Assembly (NCBI GenBank): GCA_905200265.1
Contig: CAJKJS010000001.1
Coordinates: forward strand, 1 to 32,961
Source of the DNA: an uncultured Oscillospiraceae bacterium
GTDB taxonomy: Bacteria > Bacillota > Clostridia > Oscillospirales > Acutalibacteraceae
Length of the DNA stretch: 32,961 bases
Direction of reading: 5' to 3'
The notes under the pieces were generated by a model. It worked only from the letters and a program-made list of their open reading frames with translations. It was not told where the DNA came from and searched no databases. Position numbers and translations under genes: made by a program. Below, one piece after another: positions 1-8,646 of the stretch; the stretch's first letter is position 1, and each line of letters begins with the position of its first letter.

Positions 1-2
1 CC

Positions 3-395
3 ATTCGCAACAGCGGGCCGGGCATTGCGCCGGATGAAGTGGAAATGGTATTCGATCGTTTTTATAAAACGGACCGTTCCCGCAATAAAGACAAGACCGG
101 TATGGGACTGGGGCTTTATATCGTGCGAACCATTATCCGGCAACATGGCGGCGAGATTACAGCCAGTAGTATTCCTGGCGATTATACCGAGTTTTCGTTC
201 TTCCTGCCGGATAAGCAGGAAGAGAAAAAGGCCGAGACGGCTCCCCGCTTAAAAGAACCCATTCGAAGCGGACGCAGCGATACGGTTTCCAAAGGAAAGG
301 CGCCCCGTGCGGCAACAGGCGCCAAAAACCGAAAGGAATCCGGCAAAGAAAACCGGAACAGCCAGAAAAACAAGCGGAAAGGAAATAGTGTATGA
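3..395 (+). CDS. sensor histidine kinase, C-terminal fragment (5' end lies outside the window)
   Basis: Frame 3 is open from base 3. The translation IRNSGPGIAPDEVEMVFDRFYKTDRSRNKDKTGMGLGLYIVRTIIRQHGGEI carries the G1/G2-type ATP-lid boxes of HATPase_c kinases. A ~65-aa Lys/Arg/Ser/Asn-rich tail follows. The TGA at 393-395 overlaps the next ATG. Confidence 0.85.
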   Translation: MRNSGPGIAPDEVEMVFDRFYKTDRSRNKDKTGMGLGLYIVRTIIRQHGGEITASSIPGDYTEFSFFLPDKQEEKKAETAPRLKEPIRSGRSDTVSKGKAPRAATGAKNRKESGKENRNSQKNKRKGNSV

Positions 396-1873
396 TGGAG
401 GAGAAAAAGAGCGTAGGCGCGCAGCCGGAGGAAAATGACCCGATGGCGGCGCCCGTTACCCCTCATGATGAAGAAGTTCCCATGCCTACATGGAACACGG
501 AACCGGAAGATCCGGTTCCGAACGAAAACGATCCTGTAAAAGAGGAATCACCGATGCAGGCGCCTTGGAGGGCTGTGGCACAGCCCCCCGTGCCGCCTCC
601 CACAGCGCCGGAAAGTCCGAACGGACCTGCGAAACGGCCAGGCCGGGGCCAGCGGCGTTTTTTGTGGGCGACAGGGATTCTGGCCGGACTGCTCATCGCG
701 TTATATATTGGTTATACGACAGCTGTGCTGATTCAGGGTGGCGATACAGGTCTTTCGTCGGGTGGTACTCTCATTATTGATGACGACGAAGACTATAATG
801 GTGGATTCGATTCCTATTGGGATGATGAAGAACCGGAACAGAGCGAGCCGGATGACACAGAACTGGAACAGCCCGAGCATATGGCTCCGTCGGTTTCCTA
901 CAGCAACCAGGCGATTGAACTTAAAAGCCGGGATGGCAAAGAGGAACTGACGAATAATGAAGTGTACAAGAAATTGACCGACTCCGTGGTGGGCATTGCA
1001 GCCCGGTACGAAGTGGCCAGCGGGGTGTATACGGTGAGCCAGGGCAGCGGGATTATAGCCAGTGAAGACGGGTATATTATTACGAATGCCCATGTAATAG
1101 GCGAAACCCGTACGGCCGAAGTGGTGGTGTACCTGTCCGATGGTACCACCTATGGCGCTGTAGTAATCGGATACGACCGTATGACTGACCTGGCGGCGCT
1201 GAAAATTGACGCGACAGGGCTGACGCCGGCTGAATTTGGTGACAGCGACGAGCTGGAAGTAGGCGACCCGGTCTTGGCGCTGGGCAGCCCCGGAGGACTG
1301 GATTTCCAGAACACGCTGACCAATGGGATTGTGTCGGCGCTGGATCGGGAAGTGTCCGGCCGCAGCGGCACATATATTCAGACAAACGCCGCAATTAACC
1401 CTGGTAACAGTGGCGGGCCGCTGGTGAATCAGTACGGTCAGGTCATTGGTATCAATTCCAGCAAGATCATGGCCACCGGCTATGAAGGCATGGGCTTTGC
1501 TATTCCCACCCGTTCGGCCCAGACGATTTTGCATGATCTGATTGCATGTGGTTATGTGCAAGGGCGCCCGCGGCTGGGAATCACCGGCCGTACGGTGGAA
1601 CAGAATGGCTATAACCCGGCAGGGTTCCAGATTGAATCCGTAGGGGAAGACAGCGGGTTTGCCAAAGTAGGAACGAAGAAAAATGATATTATCACAGCGG
1701 TGAATGGGGAAACCGTTACGTCGCTGGAAGAAGTACAGGCCATTATCTTTGAATTTGACCCCGGTGATACGGTGACTATTACCCTGTACCGGCCTTCGCC
1801 TCAGGGTGGGGAAGGACAATACCTGGATGTAGAGGTTGAGCTTTTGGCAGATACGGGGGAAACACAACAGTGA
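392..1873 (+). CDS. htrA: HtrA/DegP-family trypsin-like serine protease with C-terminal PDZ domain, membrane anchored
   Basis: 493 aa. Catalytic-triad contexts are TNAHVI (His), DLAALKI (Asp) and GNSGGPL (Ser), followed by a PDZ-like C-terminus. The N-terminal ~90 aa are Pro/Glu-rich, then one TM helix (FLWATGILAGLLIALYIGYTTAVLI) and an acidic linker. There is an ATGA overlap with the kinase stop. Confidence 0.9.
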   Translation: MMEEKKSVGAQPEENDPMAAPVTPHDEEVPMPTWNTEPEDPVPNENDPVKEESPMQAPWRAVAQPPVPPPTAPESPNGPAKRPGRGQRRFLWATGILAGLLIALYIGYTTAVLIQGGDTGLSSGGTLIIDDDEDYNGGFDSYWDDEEPEQSEPDDTELEQPEHMAPSVSYSNQAIELKSRDGKEELTNNEVYKKLTDSVVGIAARYEVASGVYTVSQGSGIIASEDGYIITNAHVIGETRTAEVVVYLSDGTTYGAVVIGYDRMTDLAALKIDATGLTPAEFGDSDELEVGDPVLALGSPGGLDFQNTLTNGIVSALDREVSGRSGTYIQTNAAINPGNSGGPLVNQYGQVIGINSSKIMATGYEGMGFAIPTRSAQTILHDLIACGYVQGRPRLGITGRTVEQNGYNPAGFQIESVGEDSGFAKVGTKKNDIITAVNGETVTSLEEVQAIIFEFDPGDTVTITLYRPSPQGGEGQYLDVEVELLADTGETQQ

Positions 1874-2508
1874 GAAACAAAAAAGCAAAACAGCTGGCGG
1901 CCGCTTTTCTGGCTGTCTGTATGATAAGCTTCGTAGGGTGCGCTTCGGACGGCACGGAAGACAATACGGATAGCGGAGCACAGGCTCCGGTTTCTTCCGG
2001 CCAGACGGATGAATCCTTACAAGGGACCGGACAATCGTCCTTATGTGGGATGTTGGGCAGCCGCAGCGGATTTCTGTTTGCGGGTAGCGCATGGTACGTG
2101 ACCAAAGACGATTTTTTGGGGACGGTTGCCCAGTGGTTCCCCGATGTAGCGAAAGCCCAGGAGACAGAGGAAGAAAACAGTTTTTCTCTTGCCGGAGTGC
2201 TCACGTTTGCGGATATCCCCTATGTAGGGTCGCTGGGCGCCACGCTCAACGAAACGGACCAGGTAGATGGGTGCACGCTCTCGTTTTCATTTGATACCCA
2301 GGATGAATGCCTGGAAGCGTACTTACAAGTGCGGGACATGATGGTCGAGAGTTGGGGTGCTGCCGATGCCACACCGGAAGGTTATTCAGAGGAACAGCCT
2401 GCCAGAGCGCAGTGGATGGCCGATGACGCCACCCAGGCCGAGCTGGGTATGCAAGAAGACGGCTTGTCGTTTACCATTACTCTATCGGCGCAGCAGGCCA
2501 TGGGATAA
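1870..2508 (+). CDS. hypothetical lipoprotein
   Basis: 212 aa. The GTG start overlaps the htrA stop (GTGA). The N-terminus MRNKKAKQLAAAFLAVCMISFVGC is a lipoprotein signal peptide with a lipobox Cys. I recognise no family for the mature part. Confidence 0.65.
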   Translation: MRNKKAKQLAAAFLAVCMISFVGCASDGTEDNTDSGAQAPVSSGQTDESLQGTGQSSLCGMLGSRSGFLFAGSAWYVTKDDFLGTVAQWFPDVAKAQETEEENSFSLAGVLTFADIPYVGSLGATLNETDQVDGCTLSFSFDTQDECLEAYLQVRDMMVESWGAADATPEGYSEEQPARAQWMADDATQAELGMQEDGLSFTITLSAQQAMG

Positions 2509-2532
2509 CCTATATATTATAAGGAAAAAGGA

Positions 2533-2565
2533 AAGGGACCCAGTGTTGAAAGGGTCCCTTTTTTA
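2533..2565 (+). terminator. intrinsic terminator after the kinase-htrA-lipoprotein unit
   Basis: AAGGGACCC (2533-2541) pairs perfectly with GGGTCCCTT (2552-2560) around a 10-nt loop, and the stem runs into a T tract (to 2565). Confidence 0.8.
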
Positions 2566-2739
2566 TAGTTTGCCGTCGGAAAACAAAGGATACAAAAGAA
2601 GAAAGAGCACAAAAGCCCTTTAGTTACCACAATTTACATAAAAAGAAGAGGAAAAGGACAGGATAAACGGGAAAGTTGACATATAGCAAAAGTAACAAAA
2701 TTTCAAGAAAAACTTCTTGCAAAAAAGAGAATTTCAGGC

Positions 2740-2768
2740 TTGCAATTCCCGGAAAGGTATGGTATTAT
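2740..2768 (+). promoter_or_regulatory. sigma-70-type promoter for the rpsJ leader and ribosomal superoperon
   Basis: TTGCAA (2740-2745), a 17-nt spacer, then TATTAT (2763-2768). It is preceded by a ~160-nt A-rich, UP-element-like tract (2580-2739). No other -35/-10 pair is visible between here and rpsJ. Confidence 0.55.
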
Positions 2769-2774
2769 AATCAA

Positions 2775-3079
2775 GTACGACTGCGACAGATATGCGATGA
2801 AGCGGGAGGTTGCGGCCAGTATGGCCGGTTTTTCCGCAGAGTATGTCCGATTTTAAACCGGGCGAAAAGAGTGAGAGTGCAGAAAAACGAACAACGGGTA
2901 TACTGCGGCTTGAAAAAGCCGTAAGTACGCGCGGATTTCTGTAGTCTTGACGCTGAGCTTGTCCCGGATTTCACAAAAGTGAATCCGGTTTTTTTATGAA
3001 GGGTGGAGAAACACCCGGAAGAGTGTAAACGAAAGCTAAGCGCCGCCCGCCAATGAAAAACTTCAGGAGGCGATGCAAA
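2775..3079 (+). promoter_or_regulatory. structured 5' leader of the S10 operon (unclassified cis-regulatory RNA or sRNA candidate)
   Basis: Several strong local hairpins. (1) 2802-2837: outer GCGGGAGG/UUUUCCGC with inner CGGCCA-GUA-UGGCCG. (2) 2901-2927: UACU-G-CGGCUU-GAAA-AAGCCG-UA-AGUA, with a GNRA tetraloop. (3) The terminator hairpin at 2964-2995. (4) GGGUG-GAGAAA-CACCC at 3001-3016. The only ORF here (2676-2924) spans the promoter and is not credible as coding. Confidence 0.5.
2964..2995 (+). terminator. intrinsic terminator (putative attenuator) inside the rpsJ leader
   Basis: CCGGATTTCAC (2964-2974) pairs with GTGAATCCGG (2979-2988) with one bulged T and an AAAA loop. Seven consecutive T follow (2989-2995), 85 nt upstream of the rpsJ start. 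Confidence 0.75.
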
Positions 3080-3391
3080 GTGGCAGTCAAAGAAAAGATC
3101 AGAATCAGAATCAAGGGGTACGATCATCAGCTGGTGGACCAGTCCGCCGAAAAGATCGTTGCAACCGCGAAGCGCACCGGCGCCCGCATCTCTGGGCCCG
3201 TTCCGCTGCCGACCGAAAAGCAGATCGTCACGATCCTGCGCGCTGTTCATAAGTATAAGGACAGCCGTGAACAGTTCGAGATGAGAACCCACAAGAGACT
3301 GATCGATATTCTCCGTCCCACCAACAAGACCGTTGAGGCTTTGATGGGTCTGGAACTCCCCGCTGGCGTTGACATCGAGATCAAACTCTGA
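3080..3391 (+). CDS. rpsJ: 30S ribosomal protein S10
   Basis: 103 aa from the GTG at 3080, which sits 9 nt after AGGAGG (3065-3070). The sequence [22 protein letters not shown]...GPVPLPT is typical S10. The ORF-track start at 3053 would add a non-conserved extension running through the SD. Confidence 0.96.
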   Translation: MAVKEKIRIRIKGYDHQLVDQSAEKIVATAKRTGARISGPVPLPTEKQIVTILRAVHKYKDSREQFEMRTHKRLIDILRPTNKTVEALMGLELPAGVDIEIKL

Positions 3392-3475
3392 TCGTAGCAA
3401 GATTTCAACCAACCTGTCGGTCGGGGTCATGTTGGCACAAAGCCAACCAATAACCTAACAGGAGGTAAACAAGGA

Positions 3476-4108
3476 ATGCAAAAGGCAATCATCGGCAAGA
3501 AGATCGGCATGACGCAGATCTTCGACGCAAACGGCAAAGTCATCCCCGTAACGGTTGTGGAAGCAGGCCCCTGCGTGGTCTCTCAGAAGAAAACCGTTGA
3601 ATCCGATGGCTACAACGCGATTCAGGTAGGCTTCGGCGATCTGAAAGCGAACAAGGTGAACAAGCCCATGAAGGGCCATTTCGCCAAAGGGGACGTAGCC
3701 CCGAAGAAAACTCTGCGCGAATTCCGTCTTGACAACATCGACGCTTACAATGTGGGCGACCTCATTAAAGCCGACGTTTTCGCTGCAGGTGACAAGGTTG
3801 ACGTGACCGGCACCAGCAAAGGTAAAGGTTACGCGGGCGTAATCAAGCGCTGGAACTTCCAGCGGCTGAAGGAAACCCACGGTTCCGGCCCTGTGGCCCG
3901 CCATGGTGGTTCCAACGGCGCCTGCTCCTCTCCCTCGCGTGTGTTCCCGGGCATGAAGATGGCCGGCCATCTGGGCGCCGAAAGAGTAACGGTGCAGAAC
4001 CTGACCGTTGCCAAGATCGACGCTGAAAACAACCTGATTGCCGTCAAAGGCGCCGTGCCCGGCCCCAACGGCGGTATCGTTGTCATCCGCGACAGCGTGA
4101 AAGCGTAA
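3476..4108 (+). CDS. rplC: 50S ribosomal protein L3
   Basis: 210 aa. Contains GMTQIFD and [20 protein letters not shown] lies 9 nt upstream. Confidence 0.97.
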   Translation: MQKAIIGKKIGMTQIFDANGKVIPVTVVEAGPCVVSQKKTVESDGYNAIQVGFGDLKANKVNKPMKGHFAKGDVAPKKTLREFRLDNIDAYNVGDLIKADVFAAGDKVDVTGTSKGKGYAGVIKRWNFQRLKETHGSGPVARHGGSNGACSSPSRVFPGMKMAGHLGAERVTVQNLTVAKIDAENNLIAVKGAVPGPNGGIVVIRDSVKA

Positions 4109-4125
4109 GGGAAGGAGGAAATAGC

Positions 4126-4749
4126 ATGCCTACAGTTTCTGTTTTTGATATGACCGGCAAAGAGATCGAAAAGATCGAACTGGCCGAATCTGTTTTCGGT
4201 GTAGAGCCCAACGTAGCCGTGATGAACGACGTGGTGAAGAACATTCTCGCCAACCGCCGTCAAGGCACGCAGTCCGCTCTGACCCGTTCTGAAGTTTCCG
4301 GCGGCGGCAAGAAGCCCTGGAGACAGAAAGGCACCGGCCATGCCCGTCAGGGCAGCACGCGGGCTCCCCAGTGGACCCACGGCGGCGTTGCCTTCGCTCC
4401 CAAGCCCCGCTGCTACAGCTACACGCTGAACAAGAAAGTTAAGCGCCTGGCTATGAAGAGCGCTCTTTCCAGCAAAGTGGCCGACGGCCAGATGGTCGTC
4501 ATTGACAGCATCGTGACCGAAGAATACAAGACGAAGAACATCGTCAACATGCTCAAGGCCGTGGGCGCTGACAAAAAAGCTCTCATCGTGCTGCCTGAGA
4601 TTGACAAGAAGGTCATCGCATCCGCTGCCAATATCCCTGGTGTGAAAACCACCCAGGTCAATACTCTGAACGTGTACGACATCCTGGGCGCCGATATGTT
4701 CATCGTCGCGAAAGGTGCCGTGGCACAGATTGAGGAGGTATTCGCATAA
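4126..4749 (+). CDS. rplD: 50S ribosomal protein L4
   Basis: 207 aa. Contains RQGTQSALTRSEVSGGGKKPWRQKGTGHARQGS. A GGAGG SD is present. Confidence 0.97.
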   Translation: MPTVSVFDMTGKEIEKIELAESVFGVEPNVAVMNDVVKNILANRRQGTQSALTRSEVSGGGKKPWRQKGTGHARQGSTRAPQWTHGGVAFAPKPRCYSYTLNKKVKRLAMKSALSSKVADGQMVVIDSIVTEEYKTKNIVNMLKAVGADKKALIVLPEIDKKVIASAANIPGVKTTQVNTLNVYDILGADMFIVAKGAVAQIEEVFA

Positions 4750-5039
4750 TGACCGCACAGGAAATCATCGTTCGCCCCGTGATCACGGAGAAATCCATGG
4801 CCGGTATCGGCGAAAAGAAATATACCTTCGAAGTGGCCCCCACCGCCGGCAAGATTGAAATTGCCCACGCCGTGGAAGAACTCTTCGGTGTGAAGGTAAA
4901 GAAGGTCAACACTCTGCATGTACGCGGCCGTCTGCGCCGTCAGGGTCGGTTTGAAGGGTACACCAAGAGCTGGAAAAAAGCTGTGGTAACCCTGACCGAA
5001 GAGAGTAAGACCATCGAATTCTTCGAATCCATGGTTTAA
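4749..5039 (+). CDS. rplW: 50S ribosomal protein L23
   Basis: 96 aa with VRPVITEKS at the N-terminus. There is a TAATG 1-nt overlap with rplD, and the SD GAGGAGG lies inside the rplD 3' end. Confidence 0.96.
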   Translation: MTAQEIIVRPVITEKSMAGIGEKKYTFEVAPTAGKIEIAHAVEELFGVKVKKVNTLHVRGRLRRQGRFEGYTKSWKKAVVTLTEESKTIEFFESMV

Positions 5040-5126
5040 TTGCCGGGAACGTTTTTCGAAGAGGCAAATATGGGAAGGCACGGCAAGCTTCCCGCAAAGC
5101 CATATTCATGAGGAGTGTGAAACCGA

Positions 5127-5960
5127 ATGCCGATTATTACCTATAAACCCACTTCGGCAGCGAGAAGAAACATGTCCGTTACGGATTATTCCTCGCTCTC
5201 CAAGAAGGGTCCTGAAAAGAGCCTGCTGGCTCCTATGAAGCACAGATCCGGCCGTAACAGCTATGGCCGCATCACCGTTCGCCATCGTGGCGGCGGCAAC
5301 CGCACCAAATATCGTATTATCGACTTCAAGCGCCAGAAGCACGACATGGCTGCTACGGTGCTGAGCATCGAATATGATCCCAACCGTTCCGCTTTCATCG
5401 CCCTGGTGCAGTATGAAGACGGCGAAAAGAGATATATCATTGCTCCCCATGGCCTGAAGGCCGGCGACGTGGTATACTCCGGCGCCAACGCGGACATCAA
5501 ACCCGGCAACGCTCTGCCGCTGAAGAACATCCCCGTCGGTACCTTCATCCACAACGTGGAACTGTACGCAGGGAAAGGCGCTCAGCTGGCTCGTTCCGCT
5601 GGGATCATGGCACAGCTCATGGCTAAGGAAAACGGTATGGCGCTGCTGCGTCTGCCCTCCGGCGAACTGCGCAATGTTTCTGAAAACTGCATGGCTACCA
5701 TTGGCCAGGTAAGCAACATCGACCATGAAAACGTGAAGATCGGTAAAGCCGGCCGGAAACGTCACATGGGCTGGCGCCCGACGGTGCGTGGTTCTGTTAT
5801 GAACCCCAACGACCACCCGCACGGCGGCGGCGAAGGCAAATCGCCGATTGGCCATCCCGGCCCGGTTACCCCTTGGGGCAAGCCTGCGCTGGGTTATAAG
5901 ACCCGCAAGACTCACAACCAGAGCGATAAGTTCATTGTGAGAAGAAGAAACGGCAAATAA
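5127..5960 (+). CDS. rplB: 50S ribosomal protein L2
   Basis: 277 aa. Contains [15 protein letters not shown] and [14 protein letters not shown]. Confidence 0.98.
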   Translation: MPIITYKPTSAARRNMSVTDYSSLSKKGPEKSLLAPMKHRSGRNSYGRITVRHRGGGNRTKYRIIDFKRQKHDMAATVLSIEYDPNRSAFIALVQYEDGEKRYIIAPHGLKAGDVVYSGANADIKPGNALPLKNIPVGTFIHNVELYAGKGAQLARSAGIMAQLMAKENGMALLRLPSGELRNVSENCMATIGQVSNIDHENVKIGKAGRKRHMGWRPTVRGSVMNPNDHPHGGGEGKSPIGHPGPVTPWGKPALGYKTRKTHNQSDKFIVRRRNGK

Positions 5961-5986
5961 GCTGTACGAAAGGAGCTATGTAAGGA

Positions 5987-6262
5987 ATGAGCAGAAGCGT
6001 TAAAAAGGGTCCTTATGTACAGCCTGTGCTGCTGAAAAGGATTCAGGAAATGAATGCTGCCGGGGAAAAGAAGATTGTGAAGACCTGGAGCCGGGCTTCG
6101 ATTATTTTCCCTGATTTTGTAGGACACACGATTGCGGTTCATGACGGCCGCAAGCACGTTCCGGTCTATGTAACGGAAGATATGGTTGGCCACAAGCTGG
6201 GCGAATTCGCCCCCACCCGCACCTTCCGTGGTCATGCCGGCGGCAAGACCACCGGTAAATAA
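5987..6262 (+). CDS. rpsS: 30S ribosomal protein S19
   Basis: 91 aa. Contains [10 protein letters not shown] and [16 protein letters not shown]. Confidence 0.98.
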   Translation: MSRSVKKGPYVQPVLLKRIQEMNAAGEKKIVKTWSRASIIFPDFVGHTIAVHDGRKHVPVYVTEDMVGHKLGEFAPTRTFRGHAGGKTTGK

Positions 6263-6284
6263 GCCGAAAGGAGTGTAAATCAAT

Positions 6285-6620
6285 ATGGAAGCAAGGGCAA
6301 CCCTGAAATACGCCCGCATTTCGCCGCGTAAAATGCAGATCGTGTTGGATCTGATCCGCAATAAGCCGGCTGACATGGCACTGGCCATTCTGAAGCACAC
6401 CCCGAAGGCTGCGTGCGAAGATCTGGAAAAGCTGCTGAAGTCCGCTATGGCGAACGCTGAAAATAACCACAACATGGATACGACGAAGCTGTATGTAGCT
6501 TCCTGCTACGCAGCGCCGGGCCCCATCCTCAAGCGTATCCGTCCCAGAGCACAGGGCCGTGCGTTCCGCATTCTGAAGAGAACGTCGCATGTCACCATCG
6601 TGCTTAAAGAGCAAGATTAA
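6285..6620 (+). CDS. rplV: 50S ribosomal protein L22
   Basis: 111 aa. Contains ARISPRKM and the position in the conserved gene order fits. Confidence 0.96.
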   Translation: MEARATLKYARISPRKMQIVLDLIRNKPADMALAILKHTPKAACEDLEKLLKSAMANAENNHNMDTTKLYVASCYAAPGPILKRIRPRAQGRAFRILKRTSHVTIVLKEQD

Positions 6621-6638
6621 GCGAAGAGGAGGTACACT

Positions 6639-7304
6639 ATGGGCCAGAAAGTAAATCCCCACGGACTCCGTGTGGGCGTTATCAAAAATTGGGATTCCCG
6701 CTGGTTCGCCAAGAAAAACGTGTTTGGCGACACCCTGGTGGAAGACTATAACCTGCGTAAAGATCTGAAGAAGCAGCTGGCCGCTGCCGGTGTTCCGAAG
6801 ATCGAAATCGAACGTGACGCTAGCCGCGTTCGCATTCACATTCACTGCGCTAAGCCGGGCATCGTGATCGGCAAGGGCGGCAGCGAAATCGAAAAACTCC
6901 GCGTACAGCTGGAAAAGCGCCTGGGCAAACCGGTGAACATCAACATTGTGGAAGTTCGTCAGCCCGATCTGAACGCTCAGCTGGTGGCGGAAAACATTGC
7001 ACAGCAGCTGGAAAAGCGTGTTTCCTTCCGCCGTGCTATGAAACTCTGCATCGGCCGCAGCATGAAGCTGGGCGCCAAGGGTATCAAAACTCAGGTGTCC
7101 GGTCGTCTGGGCGGTGCGGAAATCGCCAGAACCGAGCAGTATCATGACGGCACTATCCCGCTGCAGACGCTGCGCGCTGACATTGATTACGGTTTTGCCG
7201 AAGCTGCCACCACGTATGGCCGCATCGGTGTGAAAGTTTGGCTGTACAGAGGCGAAGTGCTGCATGACAGCCGTAAGCCCCGCAAGGAAGGAGGCAATAA
7301 ATAA
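6639..7304 (+). CDS. rpsC: 30S ribosomal protein S3
   Basis: 221 aa. Starts [13 protein letters not shown] and has the KH-domain segment [10 protein letters not shown]. Confidence 0.98.
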   Translation: MGQKVNPHGLRVGVIKNWDSRWFAKKNVFGDTLVEDYNLRKDLKKQLAAAGVPKIEIERDASRVRIHIHCAKPGIVIGKGGSEIEKLRVQLEKRLGKPVNINIVEVRQPDLNAQLVAENIAQQLEKRVSFRRAMKLCIGRSMKLGAKGIKTQVSGRLGGAEIARTEQYHDGTIPLQTLRADIDYGFAEAATTYGRIGVKVWLYRGEVLHDSRKPRKEGGNK

Positions 7305-7726
7305 TGTTGCTGCCTAAGAGAGTGAAATACCGCCGGGTGCACCGCGGTCGTCTGACCGGTAAAGCGCTGCGCGGCAATACTGTCACTTACGGTGATTTCG
7401 GCCTGCAGGCCCTCGATCCCGCCTGGATCACTTCCAACCAGATCGAAGCGGCCCGTGTTGCCATGACCCGTTACTGCAAACGTTTTGGTAAGGTTTGGAT
7501 CAAAATCTTCCCCGACAAGCCCATCACCGAAAAGCCCGCTGAAACCCGCATGGGTTCCGGTAAAGGTTCTCCCGAATACTGGGTGGCCGTGGTGAAACCC
7601 GGTCGTGTGATGTTCGAAATCGGCGGTGTAGCGGAAGAAACCGCTCGCGAGGCTCTGCGCCTGGCTGCCAACAAGCTGCCGATCAGATGCAAATTCGTGA
7701 AGAAAGAAACGGGGTGTGAGCAGTAA
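7304..7726 (+). CDS. rplP: 50S ribosomal protein L16
   Basis: 140 aa. Starts [21 protein letters not shown] overlap with rpsC. Confidence 0.98.
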   Translation: MLLPKRVKYRRVHRGRLTGKALRGNTVTYGDFGLQALDPAWITSNQIEAARVAMTRYCKRFGKVWIKIFPDKPITEKPAETRMGSGKGSPEYWVAVVKPGRVMFEIGGVAEETAREALRLAANKLPIRCKFVKKETGCEQ

Positions 7727-7926
7727 TGAAAGCCGCTGAAATCAGACAAATGACGACGGAAGAGCTTTCCGCAAAGCTGAAAGACCTGACGGCCGAGCTC
7801 TTCAACCTGCGTTTCCAGCTTGCCATCAACCAGCTTGATAACCCGATGCGCATTACCGCCGTGAAGAAGGACATCGCCCGTGTGAAGACGGTTCTCCGCG
7901 AGAACGAATCCGGCGTGAACGCATAA
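7726..7926 (+). CDS. rpmC: 50S ribosomal protein L29
   Basis: 66 aa. Contains [25 protein letters not shown] overlap with rplP. Confidence 0.95.
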   Translation: MKAAEIRQMTTEELSAKLKDLTAELFNLRFQLAINQLDNPMRITAVKKDIARVKTVLRENESGVNA

Positions 7927-7944
7927 GAAAGGGAGGTTTAGGCT

Positions 7945-8202
7945 GTGAGCGACAGAAACATGAGAAAAACCAACGTTGGCCGCGTAGTCAGCGACAAAAT
8001 GGACAAAACCATTGTAGTGGCCATCGAGGACAGCGTGAAGCATCCGCTTTATAAAAAAGTTATCAAGCGCACCGTGAAACTGAAGGCGCACGATGAAAAC
8101 AACGAGTGCCGCGTAGGCGATCGCGTTCGCGTGATGGAGACCCGCCCTCTTTCGAAAGATAAGAGATGGAGAGTCGTTGAAATCGTAGAAAAGGCCAAAT
8201 AA
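7945..8202 (+). CDS. rpsQ: 30S ribosomal protein S17
   Basis: 85 aa. GTG start after GGGAGG. Contains [14 protein letters not shown]. Confidence 0.95.
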   Translation: MSDRNMRKTNVGRVVSDKMDKTIVVAIEDSVKHPLYKKVIKRTVKLKAHDENNECRVGDRVRVMETRPLSKDKRWRVVEIVEKAK

Positions 8203-8261
8203 GTTACGGCCGCTTGGCAAAAGTCAGTCCCCTGACTTTAACATAGAAGGAGGAACGCACT

Positions 8262-8630
8262 GTGATTCAACAGCAGACTTACCTCAAAGTGGCCGACAAC
8301 ACCGGCGCGAAGGAGCTTATGTGCATCCGCGTGCTGGGCGGTACTGGCCGGAGGTATGCAAATATTGGCGACGTTGTGGTTGCTTCGGTTAAAAAAGCAG
8401 CACCCGGCGGCGTGGTAAAGAAAGGCGACGTGGTGAAGGCGGTTGTGGTCCGCTCGGCTACCGGTGTGCGCCGTGATGACGGAACGTATATCCGTTTTGA
8501 CGAAAACGCAGCAGTGATCATTCGTGACGACAAGAGCCCCAGAGGCACTCGTATCTTTGGGCCGGTCGCCAGAGAACTGCGTGAAAGAGATTATATGAAG
8601 ATCCTGAGCCTGGCTCCGGAAGTGCTGTAA
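8262..8630 (+). CDS. rplN: 50S ribosomal protein L14
   Basis: 122 aa. GTG start after GAAGGAGG. Starts [17 protein letters not shown]. Confidence 0.98.
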   Translation: MIQQQTYLKVADNTGAKELMCIRVLGGTGRRYANIGDVVVASVKKAAPGGVVKKGDVVKAVVVRSATGVRRDDGTYIRFDENAAVIIRDDKSPRGTRIFGPVARELRERDYMKILSLAPEVL

Positions 8631-8646
8631 GGAGGTGCCCGTATTT

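Noticed and set aside
701-2092. 463-aa minus-strand ORF opposite htrA and the lipoprotein gene
   Set aside because: It is an antisense shadow ORF. The plus-strand frame carries unambiguous protease motifs.
2676-2704. TTGACA at 2676-2681 as an alternative promoter -35
   Set aside because: No acceptable -10 hexamer lies at a 16-19-nt spacing (AATTTC/ATTTCA). The TTGCAA/TATTAT pair at 2740-2768 is much better.
2676-2924. 82-aa plus-strand ORF in the rpsJ upstream region (and the 219-aa minus ORF at 2771-3430)
   Set aside because: The plus ORF starts with TTG, has no SD and runs through the predicted -35/-10 and RNA hairpins. The minus ORF is antisense to rpsJ. The region is better explained as promoter plus structured leader.
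2775-2950. Identification of the rpsJ leader as 6S RNA, SRP RNA or another known housekeeping RNA
   Set aside because: Its size and terminal pairing are superficially 6S-like. However, the interior folds into several separate hairpins rather than one long helix with a central bubble, and no SRP domain IV or other signature sequence is present. It is left unclassified.
3053-3079. ATG at 3053 as the rpsJ start (ORF-track call)
   Set aside because: It would translate through the AGGAGG SD and add 9 non-conserved residues. The GTG at 3080 gives the canonical 103-aa S10 with correct SD spacing. Similar trimming was applied to rplX (8647), the flavin reductase (20823), argG (21504), argH (22852) and the small membrane protein (30194).
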